Assembly (NCBI GenBank): GCA_964187785.1
Contig: OZ076409.1
Coordinates: forward strand, 86,616,001-86,680,000
Length of the DNA: 64,000 bases
From: Amphiscolops sp. MND2022
Taxonomy: Eukaryota
Direction of reading: 5' to 3'
Within the stretch, counting starts at the first letter, position 1; each line of letters opens with the position of its first letter. A program made the translations under genes and the position numbers. Below are positions 11,960-25,459 of this stretch, piece by piece. The notes under the pieces are model-generated. The model was not told where the DNA came from, did not search any database, and saw only the letters and a list, made by a program, of their open reading frames with translations.

Positions 11960-14600
11960 TGGATGAAAGTTAAAATCAATTTTGGCCTTTAATAGTAGTA
12001 GTAATTGAAGAATAGACTTCAGCGTTTAGCCCTAGGAGGTGTCCCCTTTTGATAATCCGAGTACTAAATTGGTCACCGTTTTTTAAAGATCTTCCAAATC
12101 TGCATAAAAGCCTCTATGTACATTGTATTTCTTTCGAGAAAAGGTGTGGTAGATTCAAACTTCGTTTGTCGAAAGTTTTGGAGAAAAGAGGGACATTCGC
12201 AGTTAAATTCATTGTAGAGTCTCTTTGTGCAGGAAAGATCAAGATGTCATCTGTCTTTTGGAGTCAAGACTGGGCTATTGGTAGCTCTCCTTTCCGAAAC
12301 TGCCTGGTTGAATCATAGGCATCTGGTAAGGTTTCATTGAGTACTACGTCATACTTGTCATTAAGCATAGCAAGTAATATCAGCATTACCACGTAGAGAC
12401 TGAACAGGCGGAGGTTTAGTTCTTTCATTCTTTCGTAATAGAATATTTTTGGTCTTAAGATCGAACGAGCCATGTATGGGAGGCATATGTTACGATGGGG
12501 TCTACGTAGCCAATGTTTGCATTCATTTTCGTTATGATGCATTTCCGTGAAAGTCTCCGTTTAATTAGGAAAAAAGCACCCATTGCTTTGGGTGCAGGTT
12601 GGTTACTGTTTTCATACCAGTTAAGGTTGTTTCTGGTAATGACTCCTAAGTGGCAATTGAGATTCCCAAGCAACAGTTGAGAGGGGTTTTTTCATTACGG
12701 TAGCGATTTGTTCTGCTCGCAGATTGAGAAGTGTCAATTTCTTGATATTGGGCATCATTTTGTTTGCTTTCAACCAATTTTTTATTTTTACTGTTGAATA
12801 CTCCAGCTGAATTTGTTCTCGGCTTATGAATTTGAAGTCATCTGCCTAGCTCAAGCTATCAACTTACTTCAATGATTCAGGGAGATCGTTTGTGAACAGC
12901 AGAAAGCGGAGAGGACCCAAGAGAGACCCCTGTGGGACACCAGTCATCACTGCCTTTGGGGAAGACTTGCTGTCCTCAATACGGACGTATAGTTTTCTAT
13001 CAGCCAAATACAATTTTATTTCTGAAAACAGCTTTCCACCAATTCCATAGTTTTCGATTTGCTGAATCAGGATGTTGTGTGGGGCAGTTTTAAAAACGCC
13101 GGCAAATTCGAGATTTGATGCAGCTAGGCGGTTTGCTTCTACCTTGTCATCGAATTCATGTATTCGGTCAAGGAACAATAATACTTTGACTGTCGCCGAT
13201 CTCCATTTGCAAACTACAAAATGACAAAATGACTTTCTTGTGGTTTGTCTTTGGTATGCTTGTATATACCGTCAAATACAATTTTTTCCAGTATTATTGA
13301 GCAGCAACTTAGTAAACTGATCGGTCTGTAGCAACTTATGTCAGCTTTGTTGCCTTCTTTGAATAGTGATGTCACTTGACAGAGTTTCTATATCTCTGGA
13401 AAATTGCCTTCAATGACAAATGTTCTGAAGATGAGAGTTCATGATTTGCTGAGAGTGCAGTGTTGTTCCTTTAGGACAAGGTTTCCGATCTTGACATGAT
13501 CCATGGATTTGTTCACATTTAGATGCTAGATGTCACTAATTTGATACTATTTTACTTTGAGTCGCTCCAGAGGTGCCGGTTCAGACATACTGTCAAGTTT
13601 CATTTAACTTTTGCTAAATATACTAACAAAGTAATCATTGAAACGTTCCCATTTTTCATTACTATTGGTTGAGGCACTTAGGCCATTACTCACAAGAGGC
13701 ATGATAGCTGTTGCTTTCCGAACACATTTGTGATACTTTTGTCGAAATGAACCTCGAAAATTGAGGTCTTTTCATCATTTGAGGGATCTGGCAGAGTGAG
13801 TTTTTCTTTCTAAACTAGCTAATGACAACCTAGAAGTTTCCTTGAACTTCTAATGACAAACAAAAAAATAAGGATACCCACCCTGTCAACACGGCTTGTA
13901 GCTACCACAGATGCCCTTGGGATTTTTTTCCGGGTCACAAGTGATGCGCTAAGCTTCTTGGTGATTTACGAGAGAAAACCTTTTTCTCCGAATTTTAGTT
14001 CTGAAACTTTTTTTTCTTTCAGATTCTTCAAGCCATCTTCGGTGATGTGGATTCCGTCACCATTTGAGACATCTTTTTTGCCAAGGTAGTGGCCAACTCC
14101 TTTGAACTTCCAAGAATATTTTTTGCTCAGATCTAGAAGGAGGTTGTTGGCATCTTTTGTTCTGTTCGATTCGTCGTGTTGCGGTGGAAGGTCAAGAACG
14201 CAGGTTTCTTCTGCCCGATTGATCTATACGTTGGCGAGGTCTGTCAAGTCTTCAGCAATATCTTTTGCAGATCGATCTGATATCTTGCCACCTTGTAGAA
14301 ACAATCGTTGTCACTAATAAACAAATTCATTATTGAGTATCTCTCGGGTGGCAAGAAGTCGTGGCAGTTTCTGATTCTGTATCCTGGCAGCGATAGGACG
14401 TAGATGACTCCACTCATCAGTTCAACTGTCTCAAGGTCTTCAGTTCGCTTCGAAAGCTTGGCCTTCTTCTGCTCTACTTGTGAGTCTGAGAAAAGAAGAA
14501 AGCTGCTGTCGACTTTCATCAGGACGTTGATTCTCATTTACTACGTCATTGACCTAATAACAAATCAATGGTATTAGAGATGTTCGATTTGTTTGAGGGG
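11960..14600 (-). mobile_element. Decayed CR1/L2-like LINE (SGNH ORF1 plus deleted ORF2 RT)
   Basis: ORF1 remnant ~14540-13950; ORF2 remnants EKWERFNDYFVSIF, GVPQGSLLGP..FLLFTNDLP and *ADDFKF. Confidence 0.75.
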
Positions 14601-17600
14601 AACCACGGCTTTTCTCGATTTCAATAATCAGAACAATCTTATTTAATGAGTTGTTTTAGCCGTTTTTTTGAGTTAGATTGTACTTGGCCTAAATTGGGTT
14701 GCCAGTTGGCCTAGAAATTGATAAGGTATTTTGAGATCGAATTTTTGTGTGATCGAAAAACGAGATCGAAATGAATCAAAACGTTTGAGATCGAGTTGTT
14801 CCAATTTTGCTAAGTTTTTGCACCTGCAAAACGTTCGAAAGCGTTTAAAACGATTTACGTACTTTTCCCCACATAATATGGTGACATATCCCGTGTACTA
14901 CATTTTTCATTACTATTGGTTGAGACACTTAAGCCATTACTCACAATAGTTTCTAGTGTTTTACGTACTATTTGGCCTCCTTCTCTACTCTACACTAATC
15001 AAGTATTAATGTTTCAACATTCAACTGCTAGAAGTGCAGGTATTCTAAACCCAGGTAATTTAGCAATCATACCCCAACATATTATTATGGTGAGATTATT
15101 TTTGGTACACAAACTTTCAATTGTAAATAGTGATCACGATGAAATTAAGGCAATCTACATACAATATGCTAGACAATCCTCAGTCAGTATTTTTAAGAAG
15201 GAGGTGGATGAGTATTGCAGGCACTTATGGCAACGAGAAATAAAGCAAGGTCTTTATGTACTCAAACTACTCAGGGCTTAAAGTAAGAAACAGCATCATA
15301 AAAATGCTTGCACCATATCCTAGGAAAGTTTCTGTCAAAACGCTACGTGTTCTAATGAATGATTTTGAAGTACGCGAAAAATTATTCAGAAGTAAAAAGA
15401 GCAAAACCGATATTTGTCCCTATTGTAGAGTTGTTGGTGATACTGCACATTTCTTGTTTTCCTGTGTCTCATATCAAGAACACCGATGGAGTTTCATTAA
15501 GGAGCTTCAAAATCAAAACATTGACGAAACGCTAGTTGGTTTGCTAAATTGCGAAAACAAGCATGTTATAAACGCGTTGGCTGGCTTTATTGCAAGCATC
15601 AATTAGTTCTTATAACTCTGCAATCCTCACTTGTCTTCCTTCATGTGTCAATTCTATTTATACTATTTACTTTGTTCTGGAATCAATGATAGAAAGTCAT
15701 TTGTACTGCCACATCTCGAAGGTTTTTCGATCTCTTCTTCTTCTTCTAGCCGATGTATGCACGCTCGACCTCACCGTCGCAAAGATCAGCTCCCACTACG
15801 ATCGCTTCGCTATTTCCGTTCCCTTTGGTCTTTGCTCACCAAGCCAGATGGGAACATAAGAAGGTCCCAAGGGGCCGCGGGGCACTAGAAGAAATGGGGT
15901 CATACACGAGGGCCAAATATATGGGTATTTGAAAACGCTAGGTTATTTGAAAACACTGACTCAATCTCATTTTCTTTGATCTTTTTACTTCGATCTCATT
16001 GACAGATTGCAAATTCGCGCAAATTGATTGGATCCAAACATCCACCGCCCTAAAACTTTTCAGCCTAATAACTCGATGAAAATTTAGGTCGAATGACTTT
16101 GGGCCAAGTGACTTGTGACCTACCACGAAACCTAACCAATTGAGGGTATACCGTATTTGGGTGTGTTCCAATCTCCCCAAAAACCAAATCTTCTCTTAAT
16201 TTCATTGGCCAAATCGGCCACATCGACTCTAGATTTCATCTACCCAAACATTAATGGAACCCCTGGAACAATACTTGCTCTTTGCAGTGTGATTTGGTTT
16301 ATAATTGTTCCCTGCAGTGATGTTACTCATAACTGAAGAGTACTCTTTATTCTATGGAATGCCAGAGTGGTCCACCAATTTATTTTAATGAATTGTTGAC
16401 CAAAAATTCACTAAGCGTTGGCCAGAACACGAATAAATAGCGCTTCCACTGTCAGCAAATGCTTCAGATTGTGAAGTTCTATGTTTCAGATTTCTTTTCG
16501 CATCCACAACTATTACTGTTTGTTGGGACTAACTTTCTTTGCAACTCGACAATCAGCTTGAATTATGATGTTTTTTATTTGGTTCTGTCGGTCTACTGGA
16601 ATAGTGGCAGGCATGACCTGTTTCCGTCAAACCCGCCCAAGATTTGATTTCTTGGATGGATGACAAACATTCGAGAGTTTTTAACGCCCATCAAGGTAAA
16701 TGCGTCTCAACGGCTGTACATCGTTCCTTGTAAGAAGAACCTGGGCCTGAAACTTGATGATCAACAGCTTGAACGGGACGGTTTTTCCGGTCTTTCTTCA
16801 CCAAGAGTACTGCTCGCTTCTCACGTCATGCCACTCCCAATTCTCCCATAAAGCAGACATTGTGATCACTCGACTTGCCTTCAATGCTCGAACCCCGTGG
16901 ACTGTATTGAACTGATGCCAACCGCTCAGACGGTGTTACCATGATTCCTGTGGAAATGGGTGAACAGCTGGTGTGAGATGTCACGGTTGTGGATGCACTT
17001 GCACCCAGTAGTCTGAATCAAGACTCCTCATGGAACGGGGGAATCACCGCCACAGAGGCTGAAGCGCGTAGAATCGCGAGGTATCGCGAATTAATAGACG
17101 ATGAATACACTTTTCAACCGGTGGCCTTGGAAATACAGGGTTCATTAGGCGAGAGCAGTCAAATATAAAGTGCTCGGACGTTCGCAGACGATCAACGAGC
17201 TGGCAGTTTTTTGAAGCAACGGATTTCAATGGCTCTTCAGATCGACAATGCGACTTGTGTTCTTGGAACTGTAAGCGACTGAAGATGCGTTCGAAAAATT
17301 GTTTTAGGTATAGAACCAGTTTGTAGAAAACCAGTTAGTAGAGAATTGAGGTCCATTTTGTACATTTTCTTTCTACAAACTGGATCATGGTATTGTTTTG
17401 AATAAGGTCCGTTTTGTAGAAAACCAGTTTGTAAGAATCATCAGTTCCAAAAAAACAAAAAGACCAATAATGCAGGAATGATGCAAAGTATAAAACGTGC
17501 CTCGGACATGTCCCCATTTCCTCTAGTGCCCCGCAGCCCCTTGGGGCTGCTTATGTTCTCATCTTGCTAACCGAGGTTGAACAGGAGCAAAGACCTAGCG

Positions 17601-19689
17601 GGAACGGAGATCGCGAAGTGATCATAGTGGAAGCTGGTCTTTGCGACGGTGAGGACGAGCGTACATACACTGGATATGCCCCACATTTCAATTTTAGATC
17701 TTATTCCTTTAGATCTTAGGCAGTGGAGCTCTCAGGATCTTGTGTCAAGGATGTTCAGTTTGTAGAATTTACTGATCCAATTTGTAGAAATTTTTCATGC
17801 CGAAACGTCCCGTATTATCTTGGTTTTGTTTTTGGTTTTTGTTTTTGGTTTTCTACAAACTTCTTAGGTCCAGTTTGTAGAATTCTGGAATTGAAGAACA
17901 ACGATAAGACCATTAACGTAGGAATAATACAAAGCATAAAATGTGCCTCGGATATGTCCCCATTTCCTCTAGTGCCCCGCGGCCCCTCGGGGCCGCTTGT
18001 ATTCCCATCTTGCTAAGCGAGTTCGAACAGGAGCAAAGACCTAGCGGGAGCGGAGATCGCGAACTGATCGTAGCGGGAGCTGGTCTTTGCGACGGTGAGG
18101 GCGAGCGTGCATACACCGGATATGCCCCACTTATCATACGAAACGTTTCGGCAAATGTTTTTAGCCTGAGACGTTTCGGCATATTTTTTTTCCGAAACGT
18201 CCGCCGCCATGTTTTTGCAGAAACGTCCAGAATTCCTTCCCTCGTGTTCAGAGAGAGCTCTAATTCTGGATTCCAGTAAGCGTTCAAAGAGTAAGCGTGA
18301 TTGGTCGGTATGATGATGGACTGGAGTAGTTTGATTTTCCGGGCTTTCTGATAAAGTTGAATTTTTAGTGGGTGGCTGTAAATAGGTTGAATTTTTCTGG
18401 TCGAAAGGACAGAGGTCGAACCTTTTGATCGAATTGCAGGGATCGAATGAAATGCGGTCGAAATTTATTGTATTTGTTGTATAGCTCGGTCGCTTCGCTC
18501 CCTCCGCCAAGTAGCAACATTGAGGCATGGCAAAATGGCACGTCGCTCCGCTTCGCTTCGCTCCTGCATTCAGGGCACTACGGGTATGTGAACATCTGAC
18601 TACGTTATAAAAATTTCGATCCGAGTTGTTTCGATCCCATTCAAAAATTGGTATGTCGACCTGAGGACTAACTCTGATTTTCGATCCCATTCCTTCGACC
18701 TATTTCCGCCCACCCCTTTTTAGTTACCCACGGCCACGTTTTCTCTTCCATACATTTGTTGAAGAGCTGTGCAATAGTTCCCGGAAGTTGGGTCCTGATC
18801 GCTTCAGCATTTTGGGGTGTATACAATCCTTGTCGATTGCTTTGTTGCTTGTAGGGAGGGTCCTGATTGCATGGTTTAACTCCTGTCATGTCAGAGAATC
18901 GTTACACCAGTGCATTTCGTCATCTGTTTGCAACGACCTTTTCTCAACTTCTTTATTTATTTTATCGTAGAATTTGTCATCGACTTTCATTTGAGTGAGA
19001 TGTTTTCCGGTGAAGAAGGTCTGTCTCAAAAGTTCCGCCTTTTCACTGTTTTCGAACAAATCACCATAATATGTTGGCGTATGATTGCTAAATTACCTGG
19101 GTTTAGAATATCTGCACTTCTAGCAGTTGAATGTAGAAACATTAATACTTGATTAGTGTAGAGTAGAGAAGGAGGCCAAATATTACTTAAAACACTAGAA
19201 ACTATTGTGAGTAATGGCTTAAGTGTCTCAACCAATAATAATGAAAAATGTAGTACACGGGATATGACACCATATTATGTGGGGAAAAGTACGTAAAACC
19301 TTTTAAACGCTTTCGAACGCTTTGCAGGGTGCAAAAACTTAGCGAAATTGGAACAACTCGATCTCAAACGTTTTGATTCATTTCAATCTCGCTTTTCAAT
19401 CACACAAAAATTCGATCTCAATGCGACGGTGAGGGCGAGCCGGCATACACAGCATATGCCCCACATTATAATAGTCAATCGACTTGATGCAAACAAAGAA
19501 CGTTTTCGACCCGTTCGATCAAATTCGACCGATCAAAAAAGGCTTTGATCAAATTCGACCGCAGTCCATTCGATCCCTGCAATTCGATCAAATGGTTCGA
19601 CATCTGTCCTCTCGACCAGAAAATTTCGACCTATTTACAGCCAACGATTTACAATTGAAGGTTTGGGTACCAAAAATAATCTCACCATA

Positions 19690-22530
19690 ACATATATATA
19701 TGTTTACATTTATATTTGATCTTCTCAACTTTTGGTTTTCACTGTTTCTGGGTGTTAGGATTTTTGTAGCGTCTACAAATTTAATTATTTCTTTTATCCA
19801 CTCTTCATCGTGTATGTCAGGGTTCATGTACATCTTTGTTCTCAGGGGTGGCTGTGTCTCCTGCATTCAAAGAGAAAGTGTCTGCTTTTTGGCAGTGACA
19901 ATTTGGAGAAGGCACTAGACTGCACTGATAGGCGAAATTTGCTAAGCCTATGCATCGATCCAAGAAAATTTTATGTAAGGTTTTCTGCATCACTAGAGGA
20001 CAAGACATAGGCATAGCGATGGAAGAAATTTTCACTTGCTTCACTTGCACTGGTATCAAGGCATTGTGTTCAGAGTTTTTAATTCTGCGGTTCCACTTGA
20101 ACTCGATGTACTTGACCACATCTGCTCTGCTATAGTCTCTTCTTTCACTATGCGTGATCTTTTCGAACTCCTTCATTATTGCAATGTCTTGTTTGATTTT
20201 TCTGTCAAGTGTTTCTAGTGTGCATCTCCTTAAATCGTCGTTCGATTGCATGACTTTTTTTCTGAATCTGGTTGTTATCGTCTCGCAACGTAGAGCTAAT
20301 GGCGGTGTTCCTGCGATATTTTCCGTCATGCTGTTGTTGCTGGATGTGGGTACACCCAGTGCTTGCTTGATTGTCTTGTTGATTGCGCTATTCAGGGTAT
20401 TAGGGTTTCTTAGTGCCCATAGTGGCGCTGCATACAAAATTTTTGGAACTAAAACCTGATTGAAGAGCCTGATTAGCGTTTGCGGACTCAACCCCCACTT
20501 CTGTCCTACAAGTTTATCCATTGTCTGGAAGTGATGCAAGGCTCGTCCCTTCATAACATTTGCATGCGATTTGAATGTCAGCTTTGAGTCAAATGTTACA
20601 CCAAGTATGTTACAGCTTTCCAAAATTTTCACAGCTTCAGATCCGATCACGTGAGATGTTATGTTAATTGGAACTAGTATCATTTTGTCCACATTCATTT
20701 TCAAACTCCACTTGTGAACCATTGAAAAACTTCAGAAGGCCTACTTCTGTTCTTTGGTGTAATTCTGTCGTTGAACTTGCGCTTATCAGGAGATTTCCAT
20801 CATCTGCGAATTTGAACTTGTCGGCATCGATTCCTCTAAACATTTCTAAGACAAGAATTCAAACATAAGTGATGTTAGTACCGCTCCTCGTGGAACTCCA
20901 ATAGCTGTCTTGAATTCTTCGCTCTGATATTCCCCAATTTCCACATATAATTGACAATTTCTGAGAAAACTTTCAATTAGACCTAATATGTTGCCTGTTA
21001 TGCCAATATGATTGAGCTTCCATAGTAAGCCATTTATCCAGAGTGAGTCAAAAGCTTTCTCCAGATCTAGTAAAATTATTGTACCAAGTTGCTTTTTCAG
21101 TTTTGAATTCTTGCATTGGAGTAGAAGCCTGTCCAGAAGTCGTACAGTACTTTTTTGTTTTCGAAATCTTTCTTGTTCCTTGTCGAGAATTCCCTCGGGA
21201 ACAGGACGTTTCGGCAAAGACGTTTCGGCAAAAAAAGTTCGGGACGTTTCGGCATCTTTTTCATGCCGAAACGTCCCGTATTATCTTGGTTTTGTTTTTG
21301 GTTTTTGTTTTTGGTTTTCTACAAACTTCTTAGGTCCAGTTTGTAGAATTCTGGAATTGAAGAAAAACGATAAGACCATTAACGTAGGAATAATACAAAG
21401 CATAAAATGTGCCTCGGATATGTCCCCATTTCCTCTAGTGCCCCGCGGCCCCTCGGGGCCGCTTGTATTCCCATCTTGCTAAGCGAGGTCGAACAGGAGC
21501 AAAGACCTAGCGGGAACGGAGATCGCGAACTGATCGTAGCGAGAGCTGGTCTTTGCGACGGTGAGGGCGAGCGTGCATACACCGGATATGCCCCATATAT
21601 CATACGAAACGTTTCGGCTAATGTTTTTAGCCTGAGACGTTTCGGCATATTTTTTTTCCGAAACGTCCGCCGCCATGTTTTTGCCGAAACGTCCAGAATT
21701 CCTTCCCTCGTGTTCAGAGAGAGCTCTAATTCTGGATTCCAGTAAGCGTTCAAAGAGTAAGCGTGATTGGTCGGTATGATGATGGACTGGAGTAGTTTGA
21801 TTTTCCGGGCTTTCTGATAAAGTTGAATTTTTAGTGGGTGGCTGTAAATAGGTTGAATTTTTCTGGTCGAAAGGACAGAGGTCGAACCTTTTGATCGAAT
21901 TGCAGGGATCGAATGAAATGCGGTCGAAATTTATTGTATTTGTTGTATAGCTCGGTCGCTTCGCTCCCTCCGCCAAGTAGCAACATTGAGGCATGGCAAA
22001 ATGGCACGTCGCTCCGCTTCGCTTCGCTCCTGCATTCAGGGCACTACGGGTATGTGAACATCTGACTACGTTATAAAAATTTCGATCCGAGTTGTTTCGA
22101 TCCCATTCAAAAATTGGTATGTCGACCTGAGGACTAACTCTGATTTTCGATCCCATTCCTTCGACCTATTTCCGCCCACCCCTTTTTAGTTACCCACGGC
22201 CACGTTTTCTCTTCCATACATTTGTTGAAGAGCTGTGCAATAGTTCCCGGAAGTTGGGTCCTGATCTCTTCAGCATTTTGGGGTGTATACAATCCTTGTC
22301 GATTGCTTTGTTGCTTGTAGGGAGGGTCCTGATTGCATGGTTTAACTCCTGCCATGTCAGAGAATCGTTACACCAGTGCATTTCGTCATCTGTTTGCAAC
22401 GACCTTTTCTCAACTTCTTTATTTATTTTATCGTAGAATTTGTCATCGACTTTCATTTGAGTGAGATGTTTTCCGGTGAAGAAGGTCTGTCTCAAAAGTT
22501 CCGCCTTTTCACTGTTTTCGAACAAATCAG
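19690..22530 (-). mobile_element. Decayed LINE ORF2 with two nested MITEs (copy 2)
   Basis: Paralogous to 6360-9200; ORFs 19817..20722, 20846..21217 and 22190..22525. Confidence 0.85.
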
Positions 22531-22738
22531 CATAATATGTTGGCGTATGATTGCTAAATTACCTGGGTTTAGAATATCTGCACTTCTAGCAGTTGAATGT
22601 AGAAACATTAATACTTGATTAGTGTAGAGTAGAGGAGGCCAAATATTACTTAAAACACTTACTACGTGATTCGATACTTGGTAGTAGTTGCTGGTATGGG
22701 GTTTCCTGCCGTCGTTGCAAACCATGGGTGTGTGTCTT

Positions 22739-23109
22739 CTCCCCCCAACATGATGATACACATGGTATTTGATTGATGACGAAGATCCATGATATCTGAT
22801 GGAGGGAGTAAATTTAAAAAAGTTTGTGGGTTGTTTGTTTTCGTTACTGGGATAGTGGCTGGTGTGGGGTTTCCTACTTTCGTTGCAGACCACAGGTGTG
22901 TGTCTTCTACCCCCAACGTGATGATACACATGGCACTTCATTGATGTGGAATATCCATGATATCTGATAGGGAAAAAAAGACATGAGTAGTAGTAAAGCT
23001 TTATCGTTTATTCCGTTTCCATCTTCAGACCACGGGTGTGTGTCATCTCACCCCATGATTCGTACACGGCACTAGATTAATGACGACGATCTATGTCATC
23101 TGAGAGTGA
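22739..23109 (+). ncRNA. Cluster of three box C/D-like small RNA candidates (copy 2); copy 1 has two at ~9410-9610
   Basis: Same boxes and terminal stems as 36249-36619. Confidence 0.35.
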
Positions 23110-23124
23110 AGAATTTCTTTTCAG

Positions 23125-25116
23125 ATGTTTTGGAAGCTCTTGCAATGTTCTCGGGATCCATGTCTCAGGAAAAGTTTCTTGCGCTATGAATCCATGAATG
23201 TTTTCAACAGAAAAGCGAAACGGAAGCACCGTGATCGGATGGCTCTGATTAACAATATTGAAGTTTACGAATACTTACGGATGGAAATGGCAGATCGACT
23301 TGCAGATCGCCTCTATGATGTCAGCCGTCAGTTTAATAGATAAGTATGAGTTTTTGTTGATGTTAGAAATCTGCGGGAAAGTTACCTCAAATAAATTTTT
23401 TCTTTCAAGGCTCTTGACCTCGGTTGTGGCAGGGGATATTTATCAACGAAAATAACACCTGATTGTGTTGAGGAACTTGTTCAATGTGATATATCAGAAG
23501 GATTGCTGAGGCGAGCACTACCTTCAAACATTTCAAAGACAACGTCGCTCGCTCCATATGGACGAAGAAAACATCAGGTTTCCAGATGATCATTTTGATC
23601 TTGGTTATTAAATTTTCCGTGTATTTTTTGCTCCCGGATCAAATGCTTAAGCACAGTCTTTAACGTTTTTCTCGCGACCTTTTTTGTTCATGACAAATCA
23701 TTCGTTGCCTCTTTAAAATGAAACACGCATAGATAAAGAAGTAAAAAGACAAGTGTTTGATTCAAAAGCTTTTCGAGTTTATCATCAGTAACAACATGTA
23801 TTGTCATCAGTGAAAATTGTATCTAAAATTGGAAGAAACGTTTATTTACAATTTAAAAAATTGATGAAGGACAGGAAAATTGCCACAAAAATAAATTTTT
23901 CACTGTGTGGCTTTTAAATTCATATCGCTTGCTGGGGATAGGGTTTGTTCTTGGGATCACATGTTCTGAGGAACAAAGCTTCAAGTGTCTAAAAGGGAAT
24001 TCATTTGTTGCTCGGTTGCCAAGGTTGGAGTCTGTAACTTTGTGTGTAGCACGTTTTCCATACTGAAATTCAATCCATTATTTGAGTATTGGCCTACTGG
24101 TGTCCTTTTGTTTTCCGTATTCGTATATCTAAATGTAGGAGCGTAAAAATGAATATTCTGTGAGCGGTTACCTGGTGTACTTCGTCAGGGAAGAAAAAGT
24201 AGCAAATGTCATCCACATAGGTTTACCATGGTTCGCTGATTTTTTTCTGATTTTTTTTTCAAATCGACATCAAAATTTTACGAGAATGGTTTACTTATAT
24301 ATATGTCACGCGTGTTTGCGACCTACGGCTATATTAGCAGAGTGTAGAATTTTTGTTCGAACGTTGCCTTTGCATCGGCATGTGCGCTTGGTCTTCTATG
24401 AGCAAAAATGTGTAGCACTTTTCGAATTTTCTGTTTCAGTGATCTCCAGTGGCAGTATGCATTGGATAAATGACCTCCCGGGGGTAATGAGACGCGTCAT
24501 GAACACACTCAGTCCTGATGGCGTTTTCCTAGGGTCTTTGTTGGGCGGTGAAACACTCTTTGAACTGCGAAGTGCACTTCAGGTGGCTGAGCAGGCGCTA
24601 GAAGATGGGTTTGGTCCTCATATTTCTCCGATGATCAATATGCCCGACATGGGAAGGTACTTGGAAATTTTCATAGATGAGTATTCAGTCTTCATTAGTA
24701 TTTGTCCACAATTCATATTTCAAAGTAGCCAATAAATCGTTTTAGAAGCGTCTAATTTTGAGAAGGTTTTCAGTTGAAATAAACGTACATTGCTTTTTGT
24801 TTACCTCGGATTAGTTAATTTACTATCTTTTCATTTCCCGTTCCGCTTCATCATAAAAATAGGTCCCTTAGACAACTCATTCGCGTGTAACTTTTTCCTT
24901 ATCTTCATCCCTTCCAGCATTTACTCCAATGGTCTTTGTCTGGTTATAGATTATTGCACCACGGTGGTTTCCGCCTGATAACTGTAGATCAAGATGAAAT
25001 TGTGGTACATTATCCAAACATAAAAGAACTGATGAATGATTTGAATCACATGGGTGAAGGCAATTGTTCGTGGAATTCTAAGCCAGCCTTGCACAGGTCA
25101 ACCATCGATTTGGCAG
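23125..25116 (+). pseudogene. NDUFAF5: NDUFAF5 truncated pseudogene, exons 1-4 (copy 2)
   Basis: 4-bp insertion at ~23545-23554; lacks exon 5. Confidence 0.85.
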
Positions 25117-25459
25117 GTCAGACTGAATGACTTACAATGCATGCTTGAATTTCACCGTGAAATAGATACAAATGGATATTCAAAACTATCTGTCATTAAA
25201 ACATCACATAAAAATCAATCATGAGGCACAGTGGCACTGCGATAACTTTTTGTCTAATGTTACAACTTTTTTTTGTCGAAACTGTTATTTAAACGTAGTC
25301 AGCTATCTTCACATTCTCCTAGTGAACACAGGTGCGAAGCGACGTGCCATTTGTCCGTGCCTCAATGTTGCCACTTGGTGAAGGGAGCGGAACGATCGAG
25401 CCATACCAAATCAAGCTAAACTCTTCAAATAAATTCGAACCTTCAACCTTTTAGGCGTT

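Larger units (their letters stand above)
11775..25274. repeat. Tandem segmental duplication, copy 2 (13,500 bp)
   Basis: The same junction (T-run | GTCGAAACTG) occurs at 11775 and 25275; sequence is near-identical to the neighbouring copies. Confidence 0.95.
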
